From Octopus sinensis (lineage: Eukaryota): 64,000 nt of DNA. The DNA is taken from assembly GCF_006345805.1 (NCBI RefSeq), contig NC_043019.1, positions 25,791,360 through 25,855,359 on the forward strand, written 5' to 3'. How positions within the stretch are numbered: position 1 is the stretch's first letter; every line of letters begins with the position of its first letter. This document shows positions 1 to 15,387 of the stretch, in pieces. The position numbers and the translations under genes are program-made. Below the pieces are notes generated by a model, which made no database searches, was not told the origin of the DNA, and was given only the letters and a program-made list of their open reading frames with translations.

Positions 1-365
1 GTGCTGACGTCAGAATGAAGGTTGGATTGAAAAGCGTAGTTTTGAACAGAAGCAAAATTGAACATATGGATGGAGTGTGTTACCATCGGGGAGGTTAGAA
101 GAGGCAGGTTATAAGTACTTGGTGATAATTGACAGAGTAATAGAGGAGGAAATGGTGGGAAGTTTTAAAATAGAATGAATACATACGCAGACTGAGACTT
201 GTCTCCAAGTCGACATTGAAAAGACGGAGTAAGATTGAAGCTATTAACTTCAACATGGGTGGTCATCACTCCTAAGTTATGGAGCAGGAGTAATTGCGTG
301 GACAATAGAGGAGCTGAACAGCTTATCCCAGACCGGAACACTAGAAACTTATTAAGTATCTATAA
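1..365 (+). mobile_element. Degraded R4/Dong-like (RLE-type) non-LTR retrotransposon, RT C-terminal/thumb fragment
   Basis: Frameshifted translation gives GYKYL...[24 protein letters not shown]...[17 protein letters not shown], matching the YKYLG / EYxRRxRxILKSxLN / YGAGxxxWTxEEL pattern of R4-clade RTs. Confidence 0.75.
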
Positions 366-372
366 ACCGACA

Positions 373-915
<543 letters not shown>

Positions 916-919
916 ACAT

Positions 920-979
<60 letters not shown>

Positions 980-1290
980 GTATGTATGTATATAATCAGT
1001 ATTCAATTAATAGATGAAAACAAAAGAAAATGGAGGCTTGAAAGTTAATAATTATTTATTAATTGAATGATACTTCATACTTCCTACAGATGTTTCATTC
1101 GTGCTCATGAAATGAAATACAATTTTATGCTTTAAATTTGCATTTATAAGATACGAACACAATATCATCAGGGTAAAAGATATACGATAAAAATTACATG
1201 TTGACCTCTTATGGGGTTATTTAGGTGTAGAACCAGTGGTTTCTTGCAATCATCCAATAAAGAGTTTAATATATCCTCTAATTGGATGGA

Positions 1291-1592
1291 AGCACTCCGT
1301 CGGTTACGACGATGAGGGTTCCGGTTGATCCGACCAACGGAACAGCCTGCTCGTGAAATTAACGTGTAAGTGGCTGAGCACTCCACAGACACGTGTACCC
1401 TTAACGTAGTTCTCGGGGATATTCAGCGTGACACAGAGAGTGACAAGGCCGGCCCTTTGAAATACAGGTACAACAGAAACAGGAAGTAAGAGTGAGAGAA
1501 AGTTGTGGTGAAAGAGTACAGCAGGGTTCACCACCAACCCCTGCCGGAGCCTCGTGGAGCTTTAGGTGTTTTCGCTCAATAAACACTCGCAA
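1291..1592 (-). mobile_element. SINE family C copy lacking the tRNA head
   Basis: Near-identical reverse complement of the body of the full copy at 49405-49791. Confidence 0.9.
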
Positions 1593-1604
1593 TCCTCTAA
1601 TTAA

Positions 1605-1665
<61 letters not shown>

Positions 1666-2002
1666 CATTCTTAAAGTGCCCGAAGGACATGCAGTAATAC
1701 CAGTAAACACTTGCCCAGTTTCTGCTCAGTGGTCTCTAAACATGAACCACGTGTTTGTGAACCGAACTCGTTACCCATAGAGCCACCTTTCCAATATATT
1801 TTAACGCATTAGATCGAATATTACCCCAAGCTTAATATATCTATTTACCAATTTCATAGTTTATTTGAGGCCAGTTTCATATTGTAGTGTCTCTTTTAAT
1901 TTTGTCCTTATATGTTTTTTCCTTCGTCTGTTCAATTGCTTCCATTATCTAATGGATATTTACTAAGGCAAGTTACATTAGTTCTCTAATTGAAACTGTT
2001 TT

Positions 2003-2082
2003 CTTCTTCTTCTTCTTCTTCTTCTTCTTCTTCTTCTTCTTCTTCTTCTTCTTCTTCTTCTTCTTCTTCTTCTTCTTCTTCA
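2003..2082. repeat. (TTC)n microsatellite
   Basis: Direct reading. Confidence 0.95.
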
Positions 2083-2641
2083 TTGAAACTATGCTAAATC
2101 CAATCTATAAATTTCCACATTTAAGGTAATAGGTTGTCATTAACATTACTGCTTGCATTCAATCTACTTTCATTTGCTCCAAATTTAACTGTAATAATAT
2201 CTAAGTAAAAACTATAATATTGAAGTCTATTGAATTACTTTCTTCTCTGTTGTCTTTGAGTACTCAGACATTTTAATTCTTTCTCTCTTAGTCAGAGGTC
2301 TCTAATATGTTTTATTGTACAGTTTAGCAAGTAGTTGGTCGTGTCGGCTGCTTTATTTCTCATTTGTCTAACGTTGAGTTCATACCACCCGCAGGCGTGT
2401 CGTCGTTTTGTTAATAACCGGTTCCTTGTTAGCATTTCCTTTTTTTCCTTTGGTTTTATTCTAAATTTATCCAGCGCTTTGATATACCAAATTATCTAAT
2501 ATAAACATACACACACACTCACGTGTGTAAAATCTATCTATTAATCAATTTAATATATCGAGCTGTTTGATATATCAATCAATCTAATATGTTCATGGTG
2601 GGTGTCCCCGTCCGTTTGCATCTATGTATGATGTGTGTGTT

Positions 2642-2684
<43 letters not shown>

Positions 2685-2726
2685 TATATATTATATATAT
2701 ATATATATATTATATATATATATATA

Positions 2727-2931
2727 TCTTTACTAAACCCAAGGGAACAAACAAGGACAGACAAGGTGATTAAGTCAATTACATCGACTCCAGTGCGTAA
2801 CTGTGGCTTATTTAATCGACCCCGAAAGGATGAAAGGCAAAATCGACCTCGGCGGAATTTGAACTCGGAACATAACGACAGACGAAATACGGCTACGTAT
2901 TTCGCCCGGCGTGCTAACGTTTCTGCCAGCT
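2727..2931 (-). mobile_element. tRNA-derived SINE, family B
   Basis: Minus strand GCTGGCAGAAACGTTAGCACGCCGGGCGAAAT...GAGTTCAAATTCCGCCGAGGTCGA...GCCTTTCATCCTTTCGGGGTCGAT; many copies in the window. Confidence 0.9.
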
Positions 2932-2940
2932 ACATATATA

Positions 2941-3092
<152 letters not shown>

Positions 3093-3810
3093 TATATACA
3101 TATATATACACGTTCCGAGTTCAAATTCCGCCGAGGTCGACTTTGCCTTTCATCCGTTCGGGGACAAAATTCTTAGCGTCATTTCGTTTATCTTTATGTT
3201 CTGAGGAGGAGGATAAGAGGAGGAGAAGGAAGAGGTCGAGGAGGTCGAGGAGGAGGAGGAATGAATTTCGTTCCCTCCAAGCAATCCTTCTTGACAGGTG
3301 AGGTTGCTACGACTGAAGTTCAGCTTCAACATATCCAGTGCAGGTCATTGTTTATGGGAACACGTAGACAGGAATAGCTGCCGATAACCTTGACAAAAGA
3401 GAGGACATCCGTTGCATGTAAGAAGGAACGAGGTTGGGCCTTAAACATGGCCGTGTCAGAGCGGTTTGCTTTTATGTAAATGATTTTAGATTTTGTTCTA
3501 CGTTGTTTGTTGCATAACACGTCCCTTTATTACGAACGAAATCAACACTTTAGTTTGCATTTTTGTTACAAAACAGATACATCAATACTTCGATCTATTC
3601 CTCAAAGCTTCCAGCTGCTTTATTAATGTAGATTGTATTTTAAGACAATACAACATTAGTCGGTATCGATTAGAGTGATAAGCAGGTTTATCGAACTGAA
3701 ATACACAGACCATAACACTACAAAGGAGACAGACAAAATTAAACACAGATGTCAGGATTTATTCTGTTGTTGGTTGTTGTTGTTGCTATTGTTGTTGTTG
3801 TTGTTGTTGC

Positions 3811-3881
<71 letters not shown>

Positions 3882-4749
3882 CCAACATCATCATCATTAT
3901 TATATAATTTTATTAATGTCCAGTTAACAATTTGGTGTTGGTCGAATGCTCTGTCTTCGAATCTAGTTTTAACGATTCATCGTTAACTGGTCAAGAATTA
4001 AAATCTACAAAATGTCTCTCGGTCAGTGAGTTTGTTTGTTTTTTCTCTTTCTTTTCTTTTTCTTTCGTTTTGTTTGAGCTGTCGATTCCTATCCGGCAAA
4101 ATCCGCGGCACACTTTGTTCATTAAAGTATGACACAGGAGATGGGGCTCAACAGATTAAATGCTAAATGGTGTTTAGTTACGTCCCTTCATTTTCTGTGT
4201 CTGAATCACCGTCGAGTTCAGCTTTGCTTTTATCGCTCCGGGAAAGACAAAGGTAAATAACAGATAAGTACTTTAGCCGAGCGATCGACCAGAACCTTCT
4301 CTACAATGTTTAACCCTTGTGCCTGTATTATCAATTATTGTCATTATAATATTCATTATTTCAGATATACAGCAAGGAATTCCTGTTTTGAAACAAGAAG
4401 GTACAGGCATAGAAGTGCCCAAAGGTAAACAAGTTTGTTCAAGGTTACACAAGAAAAAGGGCAAGACTTTCTGGTGCCAACAGCTTTATCCCAATTGGAC
4501 CCCTTCCCCCGAGTACCACCTCTGTAGGAGCACAATCAACCATCTTTGCATACAGACAAGTTCGAAGCATAACACTGCAGACAGAAGACAGCCAGAAATG
4601 CTGCTGGAGACAAATGGACGGGTTTAGCGGAGAATGTGATATGAAATTCTGATTAGTGAGAAACGTTCAAGACTGCTTTGAAAGAGAAAAATTAATTAAG
4701 AACATGTTAGATAAAGGAAAGATAAAGATAAAAGATTGAGATCAAATAC

Positions 4750-5490
4750 AAACTTTGAAATAATTAGTAATCAATGAACTAAACAATGTACGACACACAC
4801 AAATTGAAGAGAAATTCAGGAAGTAATATTGGAAAGACATTATAGTAATACTTAAAGTAGAGCTAAAAGTGACATCGATTACATAGCTGTACATATAATT
4901 AACTGCCAAGACTGGGCAGGAAAGCAAGAGAAACAATGCCTATAATTAGGACATAGTAACCAAAGTCTTGCACAGAAAGATTATATGTACCACAAATACA
5001 GAGTTGGGAATGAATGCGACTAGAAGTTTAATATAAAATATCAGTGTAGGACCATAAAACTAATTAGTAAAATACAACGAAAAATTAACAAATATCCAAA
5101 AGCTTGCACAAAAGACTGTTTTTTGTCTTCAAAGAAGCTAAGGAATACATGAGAGAGGCTGAAGTTGCAGAATTCTTTGAGAAGAAAGACTGAAGAAACT
5201 ACACCAGACATTTAAACTAAAAGTGGTGGTGCCTACAGAATGCCATACTGTAAGCGATGGCATAAAAAAAGGAAACCTACATGACCAATACCCAATGTAA
5301 GTAAATAGCCAATACTTGATATAAATGAAAAGATAATGAAAAATTGAGGCATCTATTGAGAAATGTAGCCCTCAATTGTGAAATAGGGGAAACTGAAAAG
5401 AATTTTTATTGGAACGATTGATCAAAGTTTTCACACTAGAAACTACGCAACGTATGTTAAGAAGGAACAATATTAAGTAACGGCACAGTA
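4750..5490 (+). mobile_element. Highly degraded R4/Dong-like LINE fragment
   Basis: Residual motifs QIEEKFRK*YWKDIIVILKVELK, GNLHDQYP and FIGTIDQSFHTRNYATYVK resemble R4-clade thumb and pre-zinc-knuckle segments; many stops and frameshifts. Confidence 0.55.
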
Positions 5491-7819
5491 TGAAGAGATT
5501 AGGAACAGACTTCTAACCACGCTGTCTCTGTAGTTCTAATGTTAGCCAAGAGACAAAACAGTAAAAGGCTTGATGGAGCTGCGTAATGCATTAAATCATT
5601 ATTGATGTTGTCTAATATTAGTAATGAATTATGGATATTCAAACAATTCGCAAATTAACAGAGACAAATGGAAACGAAGTCAAGTCAACATCATGACGTA
5701 AAAACAATAAAACAAAAATGTAAACATTGTCCGGGTAAAGGTTTAAAATGGAATGCATAATTTGAATTTGATTTTAAAAAAGTACGAAAATAAGGATAGA
5801 AAATTTCACATCAACGCAAGGAAATCAATTGTTATCCGATAAAAAAAAGGCAGATAATCTAAAGGAAAAATGAGACTTTATAACCTATGTACTACATAAA
5901 TGAACAATAGAATTCGTTTTTATCCTACATGTATATATTACAGTTATTTTGTACCACCAAATCTAGACTACAACTGCATGCACGCATAATACATCTGGAG
6001 AGAAAGTAACGTTGATGTAAAAGTAAATTTAGATACATTCTCAAATGAAAGAAATGTCAGGTATAGATATAAAAATGGAACATTCGGAAGAAAGAATGCA
6101 CAGCGAAAGTACGAACACTGAGTTTAAAACAAACAATACAAAATAATGAGAATATAAATCTTGACGCCATAATTGCTGAAAACGTAACCAAGAAAGTTCG
6201 AACTAATATATAAGAAAAACAAATCAGCAAAATTAATTGCTGGTAGGAACACAGTATTTCGTTTTGGTCTCATGATATACTATCAAGTATATTAAAGGTT
6301 TATGAGTGAATACTGTGACCTAATTTTGTGTTGGCAGTGAATTGTTTTCATTTTTAACTTTTATCTTCACAGATTTTCCATAGAAAATCTGAAGAGATGA
6401 ATTCAAAAGTGGAAACAATAAAAGAGAAAAAAAATCAAACTGCAGCATAGTTAGAGGATGCTGATTGACAAAAGTGAAACCACAAATAACGAAAATATGA
6501 AGGGAAATAAAAGAAAAAGTTGGGGTTACGAATAGAACAACTTAGAGAAGAAAATTTCCAATGCATTAATCTAAATATATAACGATCTTAGGCAGACGAC
6601 ACTTTAGCTTCGCCGTTGTTATGCGTATTATTTCAGCCAATCAGCAAAGTAGTCGAAATCCAGTTGTATGTGAGGTATGCTTTTGGTTATTTAAAAGAAC
6701 ATGCGATTTTCCGGGACAATGTAGACTTTAATAATAACATTCTTTGAGTAAAAGTTACATACTCCAAACAAATTAATAAACAGCTTTCTTATTCTTAATG
6801 ACAGTCATGGCTAAGCTGTCATATTTTGCTCTTCCTCTTGACTTCTTTGTCTCTCTTTTCGCTCTCCTTCTCTCTCCCTCTCCTTCCATCTCTCCTTCTC
6901 TCTCCTTCTCTCTTCTGTCTTTGACCCCTCTCTCTTTTTCTCTCTCTCTCTCGTTCCCCTGTTTAGCGAGGAGTTAGTCTTAATGCTCACTGAATACTTT
7001 CTACCATTTTAAAGACTTACGCCATCCATTTTTCTCTTTACTACTGGCTATTATCTGATCGCACTCATTTGCCTCTAAAGCACTAACTATTTCCATTGAC
7101 AGGAATACACTTTCTATACACATTATCCGATTGATTTCGTAAATCCCATTTTCTATAACACTTTTTTGTGTGACACGAAATAGCTAAATGACTTGTGTGT
7201 GCATTCTTACAAACCTATTTATTTAAACTCTGTATTGATTAACTTTATTAATTGATATTTATTATATTCTATGTTTAACTTCTTTCCTATCTCAAACCTG
7301 TCCTCGCAAGCCACGAATTGTGTAATTTTTATCGCATTATTTTACAGAGAACAAACAAAAACGGTCTGTTTTCTGTTACGACGTAGGAAATAAACGAAAA
7401 GAAAAAAATCAAATATTTTTTTTATGTTCTAGAAGCAATTTTTTAAATCTCAGCAGATGGAAATATCTAAAGAATTAAGATGGATTGAGTTTTCCATGTA
7501 CTAACAAAATTTTCAGAGATAAAATCTAAATGATGAAACAGAATCAACGACATAAAACGAAAAACGAACCTTACCGTCATAAACTTCGATTTGAACACCA
7601 ACATTACCAACATAGCAAAAAGAACCTCAGAACAAACGGAATATCCCAACCAAACTACTACAACAGGGCCATCGAAATCCATGTAAATAACTTGGCAAGC
7701 AGAGAGACAATAGGGTGATACATAGAAAAGAAAGGATCTGTCACAAGTCTGGAAAATAAGGGACAAATACTATAAAAACCAAAACGTAGTTCCCTCCCTT
7801 TAAATCAAAGAAGTTCTAA

Positions 7820-10620
7820 AAATAAAAGATATTGGTTAAATCTGCCGTTATGAACAGATGCAAGGATTCTTTTGGCAAAACAGAATTTTCGACGTTCATT
7901 CAAAACAATTTTACCGAGAAGCAGATAAAAAAAAGCTACAATTCATTGAAACTAAAATGAAGGACAAGAACTGGAATGGGTGGATACGGTAAATAAAGCA
8001 CCCATGCGCAAAGAAAGAAGTGCAATACCTGAACAATAGCAGTTTGTGGGTGAATAACAGCAAGAGAAATAGCCAGGTACTTTAAAAAGGAAATTAACGA
8101 CTAGAAACAAAGAATTGGTCTAAACATTTGGCAGCACCACGTGTTTATGAATGTGTTTAAATAACTTTTTGAAAGATGAATACGCAACATCAGATTGGTT
8201 CCGAGAGGAATGAACGTGTTAACGAGAATCTATCTCTGCTAGAAACAGCAGTTATATCTTGTTTAAATGAAACCTAACCTACTTAAAAATGGGTTACATT
8301 GTGTAATTTAATCTAGAGTAAAATATTCAGATTAACATAGATGAGATGGTCACGTTTGGAATGGTATTTATCATTGGTCTACTCGATCAGAACGTACTTT
8401 TAGTAAACAACAACAACAGCAGTTGGCACGTCAAATAAATCATCAATAAATGGAAGACAATTAATTCTGTATAGAAACAGAACCTGGAACAATAAAACAG
8501 AACTCTTTTCCTATTTGAAGGAGCCTATTCCATGAAACTCCATGTTTCCTCTGTTTCCTTGTCAAACGTTAACATTTATAACCAACATGTTGAACTAGAC
8601 TGAACTCAGATGCAATTGCTGTAGAATGGCAACAAATAATATGTGCTACTCATGGATTACATCAATTGCATACTGAAGATCACAAACAAGTAGAAACCCT
8701 GTAAAATACAGTTTACAGATTGATTCAATGAAAACAAAATTTGCTTTAGAAAAATATGCAAAAGGAAGATTGGCTCTGAAGAAATATTTAAGACACGACT
8801 GTGTTAGTTAACGAAACAGATGTAGGACAATTAGACCAAAGTCAGATTGAAATTTATTTTGGGATTTATGAACTCGGCAGAGCGCAACGCACATAAATTA
8901 AAGAACAACTTAAAAGAAATAATATAGATGGATGAAGTAAACTATTAAAAAAAGAGTTAAATCCTAAAACTAAGTTAAGATATATCAATACTGTAGCTTC
9001 TACAGTAATAAGATAGAGTTTGAAATACATTTCTACTGCAGCTACATGAATTAGATTGTTCAAAATAACACAAGCAAGAAGCAAGATACAATAACTGCAT
9101 CATTTAAAAGAACGATTATATATTGAACGAATACGTGGGGAAAGAGCTTTATGCAATTGGGAAATTATTATAAAATATCAACTCAACGACTACAAAAATG
9201 TATTGTAAAGAATACAAGGAAAGTATATGACATAAGTAGAACACGTGAATGAATCATAAAACTAGGTTTGAGGTAAGATAGCGTTTTGATAAGGATGGAG
9301 AATGAACGTCAGAAAGCATTTAAAAAGCAGCAAACATTAAAAGTAAACAGAAAATAGGATGGCTAAATATTTACACTAAGACGTTGACAAGAAAAGTTCC
9401 TCCTCCTTCATGGCCAATATTGGAGAAGATTAAGCAAAGCGGAAATGGATAAATAAGATTACTGCACTAACAGAAAAGTGAAGGACTTAATATTGAAAGC
9501 ATAAGGTTTTCGATTGTGGCACCGGACCAAAATTCTTAACAGAAATTGTCTAAAACATAAAAGTAACAAGAGAAAACGGAAGTTTAGAAAATATGGAGAT
9601 TGTGATAAAGCAATTTCTTTGTTTTGACTGTCCAGTAGAGAGCAAATGTAAGTACGAGCATGGCATAATTGGAAGATTGATAGAGAGGAAATTATGGTAG
9701 GATTATGGAAAGCCAAAGAGGAAAAAACTACAGATGTTAGAAATATATAAAGCAGAAAGAAGACAGTGAACAACAAAATGGCAATACTCTAGGGCGAGTC
9801 GATTGATACAGGCAGGATAAAGGAAAATCGATCAGATATTATTGCTAAAAGCTACAAGGAAAAGAAATGTCCTAAAACCGATGTATCAATTCAAACGAGC
9901 GGCCATATTTCTCGGAAAGAAGGTGAGAAACTATCCATAAATAAAGAACTGGAAATAGAGAAAGCGAGACTGCGTGAAACAAGCCACAAAATAATAGGTG
10001 CACTGGGAAGGATTCAAAGAGAAGTAGACAGAAATATAAGAGAAATTCTGACATGTAGCCACAACTGACATCAATACTCAAGGCTCTGAACACATAAGGT
10101 ATGAGGGGAGGAATTTCAATAGAACATTAATAGCAAAAAATACTAGACATTCACAGTAGTGTATGCTCACACACACACACACACACACATACATACACAA
10201 ACCTACATATATGTACACATACACACACATATACACACATAGACGTGCACGGGCGCAGCTGCAATGGATTGTGCAATGAAAGCATTCGATAAAAGACCGC
10301 TAAAACCATAACAGAACGATCCAAATATAGAGATACGGAAATGGAGATACCGAGAATGTAAGGAGTGGAAACAGAAAGAATCCCCACGAAGATGTATGCT
10401 TTAACAATGGTTAAAAAAAGACATTCAAGCAAATACATAACCGAAGTGTTTACGCATTTATATAACATAAAGAAAATAAGACTTTTCCGCCCTGAACAGA
10501 TTTTATGTAAAATATTTCAATGCAATTGGGTGCAGAATCGGAAAAGGAACGCCACACACCGCCAATACACACAGAGCTGTGCTCAGTCGTGAATGAAAGA
10601 ATATATTGAAATAATGACTA
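7820..10620 (+). mobile_element. Long, degraded R4/Dong-like LINE (pre-RT, RT, RLE, 3' UTR) interrupted by later insertions
   Basis: CRYEQMQGFFWQNRIFDVHSKQFYRE (~7850); FALEKYAK and KLLKKELNPKTKLRYINTVA (8740-9000); RLE remnant ENRSDIIAKSYKEKKCPKTDVSI...IIGALG (9820-10010); 3' UTR ACACAGAGCTGTGCTCAGTCGTGAATGAAAG (~10570) resembles the UTR at ~58365 and runs into (TAA)n. Confidence 0.75.
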
Positions 10621-10627
10621 CTGGAAT

Positions 10628-11421
<794 letters not shown>

Positions 11422-13665
11422 ACGGCGTTGAATTATAATTTGTTCTAAAGAATTGCCATTTTAAACAAACGATTAATAAAATTTCACATGAAAACAGAAA
11501 AAAAAACTACAAAAGAACATGAGCTGATAATAGGAAATATTCCCGTCTCGCATCAGACATATTACGACTTCATGATAGAAGAGTTCAAATAACTTATAAT
11601 CAGATTACAATAGCAACAACAGCAACAATAACAAAAAAAACAGCGGCAGCGGCAGCAGCAGTAGCAGCAATAACGACTGCAACAAGAACAACAATAAAAT
11701 TTTTACTGACTTTTGAAAATTGAAATTTCTATTGAACAAGAGATTTTAATAAGTTGTCTTCATAACAATGAAGAAACAGGAGAACGAAAAAAAAAATCAA
11801 TTGACTGATTCTTAACAACAGCAACAACAACAACAAGTTCCATCGTTTTTCTTGGGTTCCAGCCGTGACTGTGCCGTCTTTTCCGGCATAATTCATTCGG
11901 GACTAGATTAGACAGCGTGACCATCCATTTTAGCGCAACAAACTCCAGTCTTAATATTCTCTATCACTTATGTGTCCAAGACACCTGAAGATTCTATTGG
12001 GCTACGATACAGCGAGGAAGTCTCTACGCAATGTCTTGATCAGCTAGAAATAACAGGCAAATTTCCCTCCAATGCTTTCCCAAGCTTCCTCTAATTGTCT
12101 CAGGTGTCAATGAGGCCGCCAATAGACATAGGAACCTTCTTTTCCTCTCACCGTTCATCCAAGAATGTGACAGCTGGAGGGCTGAAGAGAAGGGCGCCCC
12201 GGTGCTGGTATTCATTTTCAACTGAGCAGACAGGAGCAACGTAAAAAGAAGTGTCTTGCTCAAGGACACGGCGTGCTGCTCCGTCTGAGGATCGAAACCT
12301 CGAATGCGCCATCGCAGACCGAACATCCTACCCACTGGACCACACGCTTTCGCTGTAGACAAAGAACGGCCGAATAGTAAGGTTTGATTCACAATCATGA
12401 AATCCCCGCTTCCTTCGTACTACGATCTTCAAAAAGAAAGAAAATGGAGCGACACACAGACAAAGGAAGTCTTGGACATAGTAACTTGAGTGGTGGTCAC
12501 GGCTAGAACACATTTCATCAAAGCTCTTGCTCTATTAGAGATGACTTTGAACCAAACAATACCAACAGCTGCAACTGCTACTACTACTGCTACTGCCGCT
12601 GCTACTACTGTCACTACTACTATTACAACTACTGCTACTACTTCTACTACTACTGTTAACACAATACCATCATAAACGTTACACACAACTCTACAACGCT
12701 TCAGAACATTAGTACAAACGTATCCTAATAAAACCATGCATTCTACTCAGACCGGTAATACTCTGTGTCTGAATAAGAACCACAACAACATTACTATAAA
12801 ACCATCCTAAAAGTAGCATTCCGATAAGATAAGACGAGGAAAACCAATGCTAAACTGAAGCTGAACAATGACCGCGACAAAGAATCCAGAACAACCTTTA
12901 TAAACTAATAATAACAAATCTATCTTGCCTATTCTGTCCAGACAAAAACAGAAGCAGCCTCAATCCTTACATTATTCCCACACATCACGCTTAGATGTGC
13001 TTCAACAGAACATTACTACAACATAAGAGGATTAGCAATCTCTAGTTCAGCCGAGGACGTTTTATTCTACTGGTGTATATACAACCGCGACTCCTACTGG
13101 TGTATATACAACCACAACTTAGTCATACACATAAGCCAGCAAAAGAATGTGTTTGTGGTCGTTACTGCTTTTAAAATGTCTACGAGTTATAATGTGGAAT
13201 TTGGTAATAGTGCTAATTAAATGTATTTGAAAATATATTCGTGTTTGCTGCATTTGGAGGAAAAGTGTGATGTCTATAGAATTAGTTAAAGGAATTTCTG
13301 TTTTCTAGTTTAAAAGTTTGAATTGATAATATATCTAATTTACATAAATTTCCATATGGAATAGATATGTGTAAGTAATTGACAATAGAATAATTTAGAA
13401 GAAAACAATGGGAAATTAAAGAGGATAGGTAGAAGGCGTTGTGTGGAGGGTGAACGACCTTGCAGAAACGGTAAGGGTATTTTCCAGTGAATAAGCAGCT
13501 ACTATCAGTATGTGGACATGTATTAAAGAAATTCTGTCTGGTGTTTAGTTAGCACAGAAGTTTAATTTACATACATACACGCAAACATACATTTACATAC
13601 ACACGCACATATATGTGTATGTATATGTGTTTTTGTGTATGTATGTATGTATGTTTCTGCCAGAC

Positions 13666-14082
13666 GGCGAGCTGGCAGAAACGTTAACGCGCCGGGCGAA
13701 ATGCTTAGCGGTATTTCGTCTGCCGTTATGTTGTGAGTTCAAATTCCGCCGAGGTCGACTTTGCCTTTCATCCTTTCGGGGTCGATAAATTAAGTACCAG
13801 TTACGCACTGGGGTCGATGTAATCGACTTAATACCTATGTCTGTCCTTGTTTGTCCCCTCTGTGTTTAGCCCCTTGTGGGTAATAAAGAAATAGGTATTT
13901 CGTCTGCCGTTACGTTGTGAGTTCAAATTCCGCAGAGGTCGACTTTGCCTTTCATCCTTTCGGGGTCGATAAATTAAGTACCAGTTACGCACTGGGGTCG
14001 ATGTAATTGACTTAATACCTATGTCTGTCCTTGTTTGTCCCCTCTGCGTTTAGCCCCCTGTGGGTAATAAAGAAATAGGTAT
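13666..14082 (+). mobile_element. SINE family B with a 184-bp head-less tandem second unit
   Basis: Unit GGTATTTCGTCTGCCG...AGAAATAGGTAT starts at 13710 and again at 13894. Confidence 0.9.
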
Positions 14083-14632
14083 GTATGTATGTATAATTGT
14101 GTAAGATTTCTAACGCATAAAGATCTCGTGTGCACAGCTTAATTTAACTTTGCGTATGAGTGGAACTGGAATAAATCGTTTGTGCTTCGTGTACGAAATA
14201 TGTGAGGGGGGGGGGGCGCTCACGCTCGCATGATTGTATATATGTGTGTGTGTGTGTGCGCACGTGTGCTTTTTAAATCTAGATAAACGCACAACATGAA
14301 AGCCTCAAAGTCACTGACACAATTAAAACACACCATAATTAAATGATGATTACAGAAGATGGTAATTGCCAATGAAATATCGACTTTCTTTCAGCCGAAA
14401 AATCACTAGAGACGACAAGCTAATTTTATGAAACTTTACTGAATAATCTAAAAGCGTACTTAAGTAGAAACGCGAGTGTGCGCGCGAGTCTGTGTGTGTG
14501 TGTGTGTGTGTGTTGATGTGCGTGTGTATGTGTAACAAACTTTTCGTCAAGCATACATATACGTATACACATATACATACGCACATATATATATGTGTGT
14601 GTGTATGTATATATGTATATATATATATATAT

Positions 14633-14864
14633 ATTTCTTTACTACCCACAAGGGGCTAAACACAGAGGGGACAAACAAGGACAGACAAAGGGATTAAGTC
14701 GATTACATCGACTCCAGTGCGTAACTGGTACTTAATTTATCGACCCCGAAAGGATGAAAGGCAAACTGGACCTCGGCGGAATTTGAACTCAGAACGTAAC
14801 GACAGACGAAGTACGGCTACGCATTTCGCCAGGCGTGCTAACGTTTCTGCCAGCTCGCCGCCTT
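14633..14864 (-). mobile_element. SINE family B, full length
   Basis: Reverse complement of the 13666 copy, inserted in a TA/CA microsatellite. Confidence 0.9.
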
Positions 14865-14921
14865 ATATGTATATATATATATATATACACACACATACAC
14901 ACACACAAACACACACATACA

Positions 14922-14995
<74 letters not shown>

Positions 14996-15009
14996 TATAT
15001 AGTGGATTG

Positions 15010-15200
15010 TTGGCGAATTTTTCCTCCTTCTTCCTTATTCTCCTTGGATTCTCCTGTTTTACCTGTATCCGGTGAAGAGCCATGCTTGAAACGTAAAACT
15101 ACAACTCTCTTCTTTCTCTGAGTGTCTTATTAATACATTGTTTGTGCTACGACCTCACGTTTGTTTCCTTTTTCATTTTCTCTGTGTTTTTTTAATTCAA
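15010..15200 (+). mobile_element. Short Penelope-like terminal-repeat unit with a decayed minimal hammerhead
   Basis: CCGGTGA-A-GAGC-CAT-GCTT-GAAACGTA at 15069-15095 (two core transitions relative to CUGAUGA); homologous to the opposite-strand unit at 15212-15390. Confidence 0.55.
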
Positions 15201-15211
15201 TATATATATAT

Positions 15212-15387
15212 AGTTAATCCAAACATGAAAACACAACAACCCGAGGACGTGGAACAAGTGTAGTGTTATTGGACGCTCAGGAAAGGAAAGAAAGAAGGAG
15301 GATTTAACGTTTCGAGCGGAGCTCTTCGTCAGAAAGATAGAAAAAGGAAAGGTCTAAGGAAGGAAGACGGAGAAAGAAAATCGCCAC

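Noticed and set aside
6630-6680. CCAAT box (CAGCCAATCAG) with a nearby GAG|GTATGC donor
   Set aside because: The spacing is too short for a promoter plus first exon, and there is no other support.
12660-13050. Mucin-like, N-glycosylation-sequon-rich reading after an (ACT)n tract
   Set aside because: It needs several frameshifts and stops, and the sequon richness is expected from an A/C-rich strand.
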